Origin: a virus
DNA: 64,000 nucleotides
Virus record (IMG/VR): IMGVR_UViG_3300030329_005959
Location: 32,001 to 96,000 of that record
Direction: 5' to 3' (one strand)
Under the pieces are notes generated by a model that was given only the letters and a program-made list of their open reading frames with translations, did not search any database and had not been told where the DNA came from. A program made the position numbers and the translations under genes. Every line of letters begins with the position of its first letter. Position 1 is the first letter of the stretch. This document shows, one piece after another, positions 18,586-27,837 of the stretch.

Positions 18586-19690
18586 AGAGATTCAACCACA
18601 AGAACTTCTTGGCAATTATTTGAAAGCGCACAAGGAAGATCACTATAATTTCGAAGATAGCATAGATTATAAAATCTCCAGCGGCTCTCTTCAATTTGAC
18701 ATGCATCTGGAGGGTGGCTTTGGGCCTGGGTTGCATCGTTTCACAGGAGTCAACGAAGGCGGCAAAACTTCAGAGTCTTTACAGGTTATGAAAAACTTTC
18801 TTAAGGGACTCCCCAAATCACGGGGGCTATATGTAAAAGCGGAAGGACGATTAGGGCCAGAGGTTCAAAAGCGCTCTGGTGTTAAGTTTGTTTTTTCTCC
18901 TGAAGAGTGGGTAGACGGAACTTGTTTTGTTTTTGAAAGCAATATTTATGAAACAGTAATGGGACTAATACGACAACTCATTACTAATAACGAGGACAAG
19001 GTTAAATATTGTTTTATTTTAGATTCTGTGGACGGTTTAATCCGCAAAGATGACCTAGACAAAAACTTCGAAGAGAGCACTAAAGTCGCTGGGGGTGCGG
19101 TTGTTGCCTCTAATTTCTGCAAAAAAACGAGCACCGCTCTGGGCAAGCGAGGGCACATGGCTATCTTCATTAGTCAAGTCCGTGCGGACATTAAACTCGA
19201 CCCTTATTCCAAGGCTCCTGTTCGCCAAACCACAGCTACAGGGGGGAACGCTCTCTTGCATTTTGCGAACAACATTTTAGAGTTCGAACCTCGCTTTAAA
19301 GGAGATTTAATTTTGAAAAACCCTTCCGTCAAAACAATGGATGCGAAGAAGAATCCAATTATTGGACACCATGCCAAGGTTACTATTAAAAAATCCGCTC
19401 ACGAAAACACCAACACAACCCTTTCTTATCCTATTCGTTATGGGCGCATAGACGGCAACTCAATATGGGTGGAGAAGGAAATCGTAGATCTCCTCTATGC
19501 GTGGGAATTTGTGGAAAAGAAAGGCGCGTGGATTAAGCCTAGCGATGACTTTAAAGAGTTAGTTGACTCCAAAGGATTTGGTTTTCCTGATAAAATTCAG
19601 GGCGATAACAATCTCTTTAAAACTATAGAAGATAACAAAGAATTGTCTGCATTTCTAATAGACTATTTCAAGGAACAGATAAATGCATGA
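18578..19690 (+). CDS. recA: RecA/UvsX-like recombinase
   Basis: SSGSL..D..L.GG, Walker A GVNEGGKT, ILDSV, ISQVR, TGGNAL. Confidence 0.88.
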   Translation: MSKEIQPQELLGNYLKAHKEDHYNFEDSIDYKISSGSLQFDMHLEGGFGPGLHRFTGVNEGGKTSESLQVMKNFLKGLPKSRGLYVKAEGRLGPEVQKRSGVKFVFSPEEWVDGTCFVFESNIYETVMGLIRQLITNNEDKVKYCFILDSVDGLIRKDDLDKNFEESTKVAGGAVVASNFCKKTSTALGKRGHMAIFISQVRADIKLDPYSKAPVRQTTATGGNALLHFANNILEFEPRFKGDLILKNPSVKTMDAKKNPIIGHHAKVTIKKSAHENTNTTLSYPIRYGRIDGNSIWVEKEIVDLLYAWEFVEKKGAWIKPSDDFKELVDSKGFGFPDKIQGDNNLFKTIEDNKELSAFLIDYFKEQINA

Positions 19691-20094
19691 AGTTTATTGA
19701 CTCATATGGCAAACAGAGAAATCTAAAGAACGCAAAGAAGTATTTAATAGATTGGGACAAGCCTAGCCGCAGCAAGTTCCAAACCCAAGTTAAAAGGTTT
19801 CTAAGAAGGTATTGGAAGAATGATATTGTGTTCGAAGAGTTTAGGGTCGTAGGCACTCGCCTTACCTTAGACTTTTATAATGCCAATAAAAAGATAGCAG
19901 TTGAAGTTCAAGGGGCACAGCACACAAAATTTGTTAAGTTTTTCCATAAAAATCGTTTCAAGTATAGAGAGCAACTCAAAAGGGATGAAAAAAAGCTCGA
20001 CTTTTGTAAAGCTAATGATATAAAGTTGGCAGAAGTTTATCCACAGGACAAAATAGTAGCCTCATTATTTAAAAAACAGGATATTTATTTATGA
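19687..20094 (+). CDS. DUF559/Vsr-like endonuclease
   Basis: LDFY...IAVEVQGAQH...RD..K..FC. Confidence 0.75.
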   Translation: MKFIDSYGKQRNLKNAKKYLIDWDKPSRSKFQTQVKRFLRRYWKNDIVFEEFRVVGTRLTLDFYNANKKIAVEVQGAQHTKFVKFFHKNRFKYREQLKRDEKKLDFCKANDIKLAEVYPQDKIVASLFKKQDIYL

Positions 20095-20324
20095 ATTTAG
20101 AAGAAAATGACGAATTCTCTATCCCGTCTGAGATGGTAGAAAAAATTTACGAGCTGTCAGGGGGCGTGGATAAATATAAAGGTGTGATATTGGCGGTTTC
20201 TTCTGAAAATGGCAAACCTTTAATATATTGTAAATTTGATTGTGGGATGACTGAGTTTGCTTTGACTAAAGCTCTTGAAAACCACTTTACATCCCCTCTT
20301 GAAAGAAGGGAAGAAGACCGATGA
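20091..20324 (+). CDS. Hypothetical protein
   Basis: 77-aa ORF with ATGA overlaps on both sides. Confidence 0.6.
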   Translation: MNLEENDEFSIPSEMVEKIYELSGGVDKYKGVILAVSSENGKPLIYCKFDCGMTEFALTKALENHFTSPLERREEDR

Positions 20325-21838
20325 TTTATAACTTTGAACTAGAAAAGCAGCTATTGGCGGGTTTGATTAAAGAGCCTGACACTTTAGCAGAAATATCCAA
20401 TTTTATTGGCACTTCTGATTTTTACTCCAAGCAAAGCTCTTTGCACTCAGCCATTTTCAGGATTGTTAAACAAGCTATAGATGCAGGAGACGAGGTAGAC
20501 GAAGTTATTATAGCTCAAAGGGTTAACGACGTAGGGTTGTCATTCGAAGATAATTTAAACCCCTCGGATTATATTAAATCCTTAGCTCTCAGAAAAGTCC
20601 CCAAAGGCAACACCCTCAAAACAGCTAAGGAATTAAAAAAATATTCAATTAGGCGTGAAATCTTGGATTCTTCTCAAGATATCGCCAAAAAGATGAAAAA
20701 CATGGCTCCTGAGGCGTCCTATAGAGCCATTATAGAAGCCGCTGATTCCGCATACAATTCCCGCATTAACCTCTACGAGATGGGCAATGACACGCCTGAA
20801 AATATTTATGAGGAAATGGAGGCTCTTATAGAAGAGCGCGGCAACAATCCCGTTACAGAGTTCGGGATGATGGGTCCGCACCCTAAAGTCAACGAAATTT
20901 ACGGCTCATTGCTCCGCGCAGGAAATATTACCGTTATAGTAGCCAGATCGGGAGTTGGTAAAACAAATTTCTGCATGGATTACAGCACGAAGGTGAGTCT
21001 TAAGTATGATGTCCCAGTTTTGCATTTTGATAACGGCGAGATGAGCAAAGAAGAGCTTATTATGCGCCAGTGCGCTGCCCTTTCAGGGGTTTCCATGCAT
21101 CTACTGGAGAGTGGTAAATGGAGGCAAGCTGGCGAGAAAGTGGTAGATAAAGTCCGCTCGGTTTGGCCAGTGGTTAAAAACTTAAAATTTTATTATTATA
21201 ATGTGGGAGGAATGGACGTAGACTCTATGGTCAACACTCTTAAAAGATTTTATTATTCCAAGGTAGGTCGAGGCAAATCAATGGTATTTTCCTTTGATTA
21301 CATTAAAACCACCTCAGAAAATATCGCCAACAAGTCAGAGTGGCAGGTAGTGGGGGAGATGGTGGACAAGTTTAAGAAGTGTGTGCAGAAGGAAATTCTT
21401 CATGACGGTAATCCCGTTATTCCTATGATCACTTCTGTCCAGTCCAACAGATACGGCATCACCAATAACAGAAACTCTCAAAACATTGTAGATGACGAGT
21501 CTATTGTTTCTCTTTCAGATCGCATTACCCAATTCTGTTCCCACATGTTTATTTTGCGGAACAAGACCACTGATGAGATAGAGACTGAAGGGGGTAGATT
21601 TGGCACTCATAAGCTGATTAACGTCAAATCTCGACATTTAGGAAGTGATATTGCTGGTGCTATTGAACCAGTTAGGATTGGAGACGCGCTGCGTAAAAAT
21701 TCTATAAACTTAGAATTTAATAACTTTAATATCGCGGAAAGGGGAGACTTGAGAGATATCGCTAGAATGCTAGATGGCGAAGAAGATTTAGATGGTGATG
21801 GAGTCCAACAAACAATCCCAGATTTCGATGAGTTCTGA
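20321..21838 (+). CDS. dnaB: Replicative DNA helicase
   Basis: DnaB N-domain (E..LL..L, DFY...H..IF), ARSGVGKT, EMS.EEL..R, FDYI, SVQSNR. Confidence 0.9.
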   Translation: MIYNFELEKQLLAGLIKEPDTLAEISNFIGTSDFYSKQSSLHSAIFRIVKQAIDAGDEVDEVIIAQRVNDVGLSFEDNLNPSDYIKSLALRKVPKGNTLKTAKELKKYSIRREILDSSQDIAKKMKNMAPEASYRAIIEAADSAYNSRINLYEMGNDTPENIYEEMEALIEERGNNPVTEFGMMGPHPKVNEIYGSLLRAGNITVIVARSGVGKTNFCMDYSTKVSLKYDVPVLHFDNGEMSKEELIMRQCAALSGVSMHLLESGKWRQAGEKVVDKVRSVWPVVKNLKFYYYNVGGMDVDSMVNTLKRFYYSKVGRGKSMVFSFDYIKTTSENIANKSEWQVVGEMVDKFKKCVQKEILHDGNPVIPMITSVQSNRYGITNNRNSQNIVDDESIVSLSDRITQFCSHMFILRNKTTDEIETEGGRFGTHKLINVKSRHLGSDIAGAIEPVRIGDALRKNSINLEFNNFNIAERGDLRDIARMLDGEEDLDGDGVQQTIPDFDEF

Positions 21839-22862
21839 AGACTTCCAAGGTGTTTTGGAGTCGATAGGATACAATCTAATTGACTGCGGGGACCATTGGA
21901 GAACACAAGCTCTATATCGAGATGGCGACAACAAAACTGCTGTAAAAATTTATAAGAATACAGGAGTATGGATGGACTTTGTAGAGAACAAAGGGTCGAT
22001 GCCTTTTGAAGCATTGATCCGCTTAACAGTCAAAGACGACAAACAAGTAAAAGAGATCATTGGTGACACCAAACTAGAAACCTCTACGCTTTACTCCCCT
22101 AAAGAAACAATAGAAATGGAAAAAATTTACCCCCCATCTTCCTTAGACCGACTTTTCCCAAATTATCATTTTTATGAGAAAAGGGGTATTTCTAAGCAGA
22201 CACAGCAAGCCTTCCAAGCTGGCTTGGCTGGGGTGGGTAAAATGTATAGAAGGATGGTTTTTCCTGTTTTCAACGAACACGATCAGATAATTGGCTTTTC
22301 TGGCAGGAAAGTGGACTCAAATAACGATTACCCCAAGTGGAAACACATCGGGAGGCGCAACAACTGGGTTTATCCCGCTTACAATAAAAAGACAGGTGTA
22401 GACGAAGAAATAACAGCCCAAGAGCAAGTGGTTCTAGTAGAAAGCATAGGAGATGCAATGGCATTATATGAACAAGGTATTAAAAACGTTTTGGTTATTT
22501 TTGGTCTCTCTGTTAACAATAATATCGTTAACTATCTTAGTGGTAAGCCTATTAATCATATTTTTATTTCGACTAACAATGACGCGGCTAGTCAAGAAAA
22601 TAGGGGCTTTATTGCGGCCATCAAAAGCTTCATAAAGCTTTCTAAGTATTTCGACCTAGACAGGTTGACTGTAAAATTCCCCCCGAAACCCTATAATGAT
22701 TTTGGTGACGCTCATTTGTCGGAATACGACCTTACTGCTTGGCTTGGCAAAGACATAGATAAAGCTGCACAACTAGATTACATCTTAGAGTTTGTTAGAA
22801 ACAACCCATCTTGCTTCACTAAGAAAGAAATAAAAACATCCTTAATACTTAGTGATGCCTGA
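21828..22862 (+). CDS. dnaG: DnaG-type primase (TOPRIM)
   Basis: RMVFPV...IIGFSGR, PKW, LVESIGDAMAL, NDFGD; start ATG 21828. Confidence 0.85.
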   Translation: MSSEDFQGVLESIGYNLIDCGDHWRTQALYRDGDNKTAVKIYKNTGVWMDFVENKGSMPFEALIRLTVKDDKQVKEIIGDTKLETSTLYSPKETIEMEKIYPPSSLDRLFPNYHFYEKRGISKQTQQAFQAGLAGVGKMYRRMVFPVFNEHDQIIGFSGRKVDSNNDYPKWKHIGRRNNWVYPAYNKKTGVDEEITAQEQVVLVESIGDAMALYEQGIKNVLVIFGLSVNNNIVNYLSGKPINHIFISTNNDAASQENRGFIAAIKSFIKLSKYFDLDRLTVKFPPKPYNDFGDAHLSEYDLTAWLGKDIDKAAQLDYILEFVRNNPSCFTKKEIKTSLILSDA

Positions 22863-23880
22863 ACTCCAAACGCCGTTATCTGCTAGTAGAATAAAAACGG
22901 CGCAGTCGTGTTCGTGGCTCTATTGGTGCAAGTATAAGTTAAAGCTGCCCGATAAAAGCAATGATGGAGCCCGAAGAGGCTCCATTTGCCATTTAGTTTT
23001 TGAAGTGCTTGGGGCAAAGGGAAGGAAGAAATATTATAATAAAATAATAAAAAGTCAAGATGTTTTTGCTGTCCCTTCGATAGAGCGATTAATTCTTAAA
23101 CATGCTACTAGAGAGGGTATAGATGACCCTGAGAATGTAGAGCTAATGAAAGACATGATCTTCAATGGTCTTTCGTATGATTTTTTTGGCTGTGATCTAG
23201 GAAAGCCCACAGAGGAATACTCAGAGAAGGATTTTGATATCATAAAAAATGATGGCAATATAAAATACAAAATAAGAGGCTTTATAGATAAGTTATTTTT
23301 GTATAAAAAAAAGAAATTTGCTATCATACGAGACTTCAAGACGAGCAAAGAAGTTTTTAAAGGTAAAGACCAAACCGACAACCTGCAAGACCTTATGTAT
23401 AGCCTTGCGGTTAAAAACCTGTTCCCCGAGTATTCTGAGAGAGTTAGCGAATTTCTCTTCCTTAAGTTCGACCTAGACCCCGATGCAGCAAAATCAGGTG
23501 TTGTCCGCATGAAGGCCCTTGACGAGAACGAGCTAGAGGGTTTTGAAATGCAGTTATCTGAAATACAAAAATATTTAGACAACTTTTCTGAAAAAGATGC
23601 CAAGAAAAACTATGCCGCTCATCAAGGTTTTCCCAAAGACAACTCCTTTAGCGGAAAACTTCTATGTGGATTTGCGACAAAGAAAGGAGAACTAAAGTTG
23701 GATGGCAGTCCCAAATGGCATTGCCCCATGAAGTTTGATTTCTTTTATTATCAAGTCACAAATTCAGAAGGAAAATTTGTGGCCTCATATTTTGAAGATG
23801 AGTTTTCCGAGGACTTGGTGCCTGAGGATTGCAGCTACGAAATGATGTATTATCAGGGTTGTCCCGCACATTCTTCTTGA
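22855..23880 (+). CDS. PD-(D/E)XK nuclease (RecB/Cas4-like exonuclease)
   Basis: LSASRI...C, GSICH..FE, RGFIDKL, DFKTSK, Q..MY. Confidence 0.85.
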   Translation: MPELQTPLSASRIKTAQSCSWLYWCKYKLKLPDKSNDGARRGSICHLVFEVLGAKGRKKYYNKIIKSQDVFAVPSIERLILKHATREGIDDPENVELMKDMIFNGLSYDFFGCDLGKPTEEYSEKDFDIIKNDGNIKYKIRGFIDKLFLYKKKKFAIIRDFKTSKEVFKGKDQTDNLQDLMYSLAVKNLFPEYSERVSEFLFLKFDLDPDAAKSGVVRMKALDENELEGFEMQLSEIQKYLDNFSEKDAKKNYAAHQGFPKDNSFSGKLLCGFATKKGELKLDGSPKWHCPMKFDFFYYQVTNSEGKFVASYFEDEFSEDLVPEDCSYEMMYYQGCPAHSS

Positions 23881-23904
23881 CCTTTCAAGGAAAAGGTCCA
23901 ATAT
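23877..23904 (+). promoter_or_regulatory. sigma70-type promoter of the Pol III genes with overlapping inverted repeat
   Basis: TTGACC-N16-CAATAT; GACCTTT/AAAGGTC inverted repeat inside. Confidence 0.5.
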
Positions 23905-23911
23905 ACAGGAG

Positions 23912-24649
23912 ATGACTCCAGTATTCAAGTCAACCTACTCTATAGGGAAGAGCATTCTAACTCTCGATAAGGAAGAGACAGAGGGCGGTCCAGATAGTAT
24001 AATTGAAATATGCAAAGAAAACTCCATCAAGTCTCTTGTTCTTGTGGAAGATTCAATGACAGGATTTGTTACTGCCCACAATCGCTGCAAAGAGGCTGGT
24101 ATTGATCTAGTCTTCGGCTTGAGAATTACCTGCTGCAATGATACTTATGAAGACGATGATTCTGATCACAAGATTATAATTTTTGCTAAGAACGATGAGG
24201 GTTGCCGTTTACTCTACCGAATTTATTCATACGCTTACACAGGACAAAACGGTAAAGTAGATTTTGGGTTTCTGTTCGGTATTTGGGACGACAATATTGA
24301 ATTAGTTATTCCTTTTTATGATTCTTTTATATATAATAATAACTTTCACTTTAAAAAGTGTGTCCCCGATTTTTCCACAATACTCCCGACTTTTTGGCTG
24401 GAAGCGAACGACTTACCCTTCGATGGCTTGTTAGCTGAGAAGGTATTAAAGTTTGCCCAAGGAATGATGAGGCCAGTTAAGCGGGTAAAAACTATTCTAT
24501 ATAAAAACAGAGACGATGCTGAAGCTCTTCAAACTTACAAGATTCTCTGTAACCGAAATTTTGGCCGAGCCGCCTCTTTAAGTAGTCCTAACCTTAATCA
24601 CTTCGGCAGTAAGGAGTTCTGCCTTGAATCTTATTTGCAATATGAATGA
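23912..24649 (+). CDS. Stand-alone PHP domain of DNA polymerase III alpha (degenerate metal site)
   Basis: FKSTYSIGKSIL, LVEDSMTGF, GIDLVFG, IIFAKNDEG..LL..IYS match the DnaE N-terminus. Confidence 0.8.
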   Translation: MTPVFKSTYSIGKSILTLDKEETEGGPDSIIEICKENSIKSLVLVEDSMTGFVTAHNRCKEAGIDLVFGLRITCCNDTYEDDDSDHKIIIFAKNDEGCRLLYRIYSYAYTGQNGKVDFGFLFGIWDDNIELVIPFYDSFIYNNNFHFKKCVPDFSTILPTFWLEANDLPFDGLLAEKVLKFAQGMMRPVKRVKTILYKNRDDAEALQTYKILCNRNFGRAASLSSPNLNHFGSKEFCLESYLQYE

Positions 24650-25274
24650 GTCATTACTTAGATTTAACAAAAAGCAAAGATATCTTGTTTTTGACACTGA
24701 GACGGAGGGGCTGAATTTAGTTACCTCTAGGCCGTGGCAAATCGCTTGGTTGGTAGTGGAGGGAGATACAATTCTTTCCCGTCATGACAAGTTTATAGAT
24801 TGGCCTGACTTAAACGTTTCTGAAGGTGCAGCCAAAGTCACAGGCTTTTCTCGCAAAGAGTATGAAAAGAAAGCTGAAGCTCCCGACCAAGTGTGGTGCC
24901 AATTTTCTGCCCAACTTTATAATGAAGACAACTTAGTTATCGGGCAAAACCTTTTAGGTTTTGATGTTTACATAATTAATGTGTGGCGCAAATTGATGGG
25001 TATGCAAAGTGATTACTCTTTTGTAAACCGAATCATAGATACTAAATCCTTGGCGACAGCTATTGCTAAACAAATCCCCGTAGAGAAGCAGAACTTTCTA
25101 CCTTGGCAGTATAGGTTGCTGAACTACAGAGAAAGAGGCTTAAAAACCTCTCAAGCCACCCTTCTAAAAAAATACAGCATCCCCCACGATCCGAAGAGGC
25201 TCCACGATGCCCTTTATGATATTGAAATGAATTTTAAAGTTTTTCGTAAGCAACTTTTTGAGCTGGAGATATGA
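24642..25274 (+). CDS. DEDDh 3'-5' proofreading exonuclease (DnaQ/epsilon-like)
   Basis: FDTETEG, GQNLLGFD, IDT, HDALYD. Confidence 0.9.
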   Translation: MNESLLRFNKKQRYLVFDTETEGLNLVTSRPWQIAWLVVEGDTILSRHDKFIDWPDLNVSEGAAKVTGFSRKEYEKKAEAPDQVWCQFSAQLYNEDNLVIGQNLLGFDVYIINVWRKLMGMQSDYSFVNRIIDTKSLATAIAKQIPVEKQNFLPWQYRLLNYRERGLKTSQATLLKKYSIPHDPKRLHDALYDIEMNFKVFRKQLFELEI

Positions 25275-27826
25275 ATTCCACTAAATATACAGGCTATAAA
25301 ACCCCCTTTCCTGTAGGGGTTAAGCTGCCAAAAATCAAAATCGAAAAAAAATATTACGAAGAAGTCTCTTGCGTAGACCTGGAAGATAACTTCCAATTCC
25401 TTAGAAAGCTGTGTTTTAAAAAGGTCAAAGAAAAAGGTATAGACCAACAGGACAATGCTCAAATCTATTATGACCGTATTAAAGAAGAGTTGGCGATCTT
25501 CCAAGACTTAGGGTTTGTTGATTATATTCTTCTGAACTGGGACATCCTTAACTATTGCAAGGAAAACGATATCCCCACGGGTGCGGGTCGCGGCAGTGCG
25601 GCGGGGTCTCTAGTTTTGTATGTTATAGGAGTCACTAACATTGACCCTATCGAGCATGATTTATTTTTTGAGCGCTTTGTGTCTAAGAGCAGAGCCAAAA
25701 AGATAGAACATGAAGGTGAAACTTATTTAGACGGCAGCTTGCTCGCTGATGTAGATAATGACATCTCTTATGATCGACGCGCCGAGGTCATTAAATATAT
25801 TGAGAAAAAATTCGAAGGGCGAACTTCCAAGATTCTCACTTTAAACACTTTAAGCAGTAAGCTCTGCATGAAAGAGTGTGGTAAAATAGTTGAAGAATTA
25901 AGCGAGGGAGAGGTGAACCAAATCAGTGATACAATTCCCAAACACTTTGGGATAGTCGCCAAGCTAGACACAGCCTATGAGGAAAGTGAGACTTTTAAGG
26001 CTTATGCTGATAAATACCCCAAAGTCTTTAGGATAGCGCAGAAGCTCCAAGGACTAAACAAAAATACAGGGGTTCACCCTTCAGGTATTTGCATTTCTTA
26101 TTATGATTTAGATGATATCATGCCGTTACAAACCACTAATGACGGGGCGTTGGTTTCTGGTTATGACATGAATGATGTGGCTAGCCTAAGCGTTAAGTTT
26201 GATATCCTTGGTTTAAGGACTTTATCTGTAGTTCATGATGTCTGTAAGCAAATAGGGATAGATGCCTCTGAGATCGACCCCCATCACCATTCCATCTATG
26301 CAGCCTTGTCTTGTCTGCGGTCTCCGCAAGGGCTTTTTCAGATCGAAGCAGACACTAACTTCAAGGTATGCCAACAAATAGCTCCACGCGATCTTGAGCA
26401 ACTTTCTGCGGTGGTCGCTATTGCTAGACCTGGGGCACTAGACTTTAAGGATAGATATGCAGAATATGCGCGAACAGGTGAATCTCAGTCGGTTCATGAA
26501 TTTTTTGATGACATTCTTAGTTATACGGGTGGCATCCCCTTGTATCAGGAGCAGTTAATGAAAATGGCTGTTAAAGTAGGATTCAGTCTGGATGAATCCG
26601 AGCAGCTTCGACGCATCGTGGGCAAGAAAAAGGTGGATCAAATGCCAGCGTGGAAAGCGAAGATCGAAGAGAAGATAGAAAAGAATAATCTCGATCCAGC
26701 CATCGGAGACGTTTTATGGAGCGTGGCAGAAGACTCTGCTAATTACTCTTTTAACAAATCTCACTCTATTAGTTACGCTTATCTTGCAGCTTGCACGGTG
26801 TATCTTAAATTTAACTACCCCAAGGAGTTCTTTTTAAGTCTTTTAAAATACACTAAATATGAGCCTAATTCTCATGAAGAGATAGCTAAAATTACCCAAG
26901 AATTAGGTAATTTTGGCATAAAGCTTTTACCTCCCGATCTTAATAAGTCTGATATTGATTTTAAGATTGAAGAAGACAACATAAGATATGGCCTTAATTC
27001 TATCAAAGGCGTTTCCACCAAGGTTTTGGAGTCTTTATTAGAATTTAGAGAGGACTCGTTTGCTAACAAGTATGAAGTATTTTTATCCGCGAAGCAAGCT
27101 GGGTTAAACATAGGGACTCTCTCTGCCTTAATACAAGCAGGACTTCTTGATTCATTTGTTTCTAGCAATCGGTGTCGATTAGTTTTAGAGGCTCAAACTT
27201 TTAACATTCTTACTGACCGAGAGAAGAGAAACCTGATTGCGTTAGGCCCTAAATACGACTACGACATTATCACAGCCATTCATGAGGCTAGGAAAGAGGA
27301 GATGGTGGGCGATGACAACCGCCAAATGTTTACAGAGAAGCGTTTCGGGACATTCCGCAAAAAATTTAATCCATATAAAGAAATATATGAGATGAATTCA
27401 AAACACATCAAATATGCTAATTGGTATTTTGAAGAGAAACTTCTGGGCTATAGCTACTCTCACAACATAAGGCAGGTTTTTAGTTACGAAGATGATTTTC
27501 ACTCATCTGCGGTCGTGAGAGATTTACCTGATAGAGCAAACGTTAAGTTTGTGGGTATTCTGACTGACATTATCCGCAGGACTAGTAGAAATGGCAACAA
27601 ATATGCCCGTCTGGACTTGCAAGACGAAGCGGGAAAAGTAGATGGTTTATTTCTTGACAGTCAACGCGCACCGCGCCTCACTAATTATCTAGATTCTGGT
27701 AAGAAATTACCCAAAAAAGGGGAAATTATGATAATTTATGGCTCAAAGGGTGATGATGTTGTTTTTGTTGACAAACTCTTTCCATTAAAGGATAAAATCT
27801 ACATGAAGTTATCTGAACTTAAATAG
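25271..27826 (+). CDS. dnaE: DNA polymerase III alpha catalytic core (no PHP domain)
   Basis: GAGRGSAAGSLV, FERF, DVDND, GVHPSG, KFDILGL, YQEQLM, YSFNKSH, C-terminal OB fold. Confidence 0.95.
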   Translation: MNSTKYTGYKTPFPVGVKLPKIKIEKKYYEEVSCVDLEDNFQFLRKLCFKKVKEKGIDQQDNAQIYYDRIKEELAIFQDLGFVDYILLNWDILNYCKENDIPTGAGRGSAAGSLVLYVIGVTNIDPIEHDLFFERFVSKSRAKKIEHEGETYLDGSLLADVDNDISYDRRAEVIKYIEKKFEGRTSKILTLNTLSSKLCMKECGKIVEELSEGEVNQISDTIPKHFGIVAKLDTAYEESETFKAYADKYPKVFRIAQKLQGLNKNTGVHPSGICISYYDLDDIMPLQTTNDGALVSGYDMNDVASLSVKFDILGLRTLSVVHDVCKQIGIDASEIDPHHHSIYAALSCLRSPQGLFQIEADTNFKVCQQIAPRDLEQLSAVVAIARPGALDFKDRYAEYARTGESQSVHEFFDDILSYTGGIPLYQEQLMKMAVKVGFSLDESEQLRRIVGKKKVDQMPAWKAKIEEKIEKNNLDPAIGDVLWSVAEDSANYSFNKSHSISYAYLAACTVYLKFNYPKEFFLSLLKYTKYEPNSHEEIAKITQELGNFGIKLLPPDLNKSDIDFKIEEDNIRYGLNSIKGVSTKVLESLLEFREDSFANKYEVFLSAKQAGLNIGTLSALIQAGLLDSFVSSNRCRLVLEAQTFNILTDREKRNLIALGPKYDYDIITAIHEARKEEMVGDDNRQMFTEKRFGTFRKKFNPYKEIYEMNSKHIKYANWYFEEKLLGYSYSHNIRQVFSYEDDFHSSAVVRDLPDRANVKFVGILTDIIRRTSRNGNKYARLDLQDEAGKVDGLFLDSQRAPRLTNYLDSGKKLPKKGEIMIIYGSKGDDVVFVDKLFPLKDKIYMKLSELK

Positions 27827-27837
27827 TGTAATTAATT
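27826..27837 (+). promoter_or_regulatory. GTGTA phage promoter motif before clp gene
   Basis: GTGTAATTAATT then ATG ATG (12 and 15 nt). Confidence 0.55.

Noticed and set aside
22855-23880. cas4 as evidence of a CRISPR-Cas system
   Set aside because: Solo PD-(D/E)XK nuclease in a replication block, common in phages; no cas1/cas2 or array.
26338-26350. CAGATCGAA inside dnaE as a sixth repeat copy
   Set aside because: Lacks the leading CC and the CCAAATAA half-site.
2569-27826. Inteins or introns in nrdB, nrdA, recA, dnaB, dnaE
   Set aside because: Lengths are normal or compact and no splice-junction or LAGLIDADG motifs were seen; the DnaE split has no split-intein ends.
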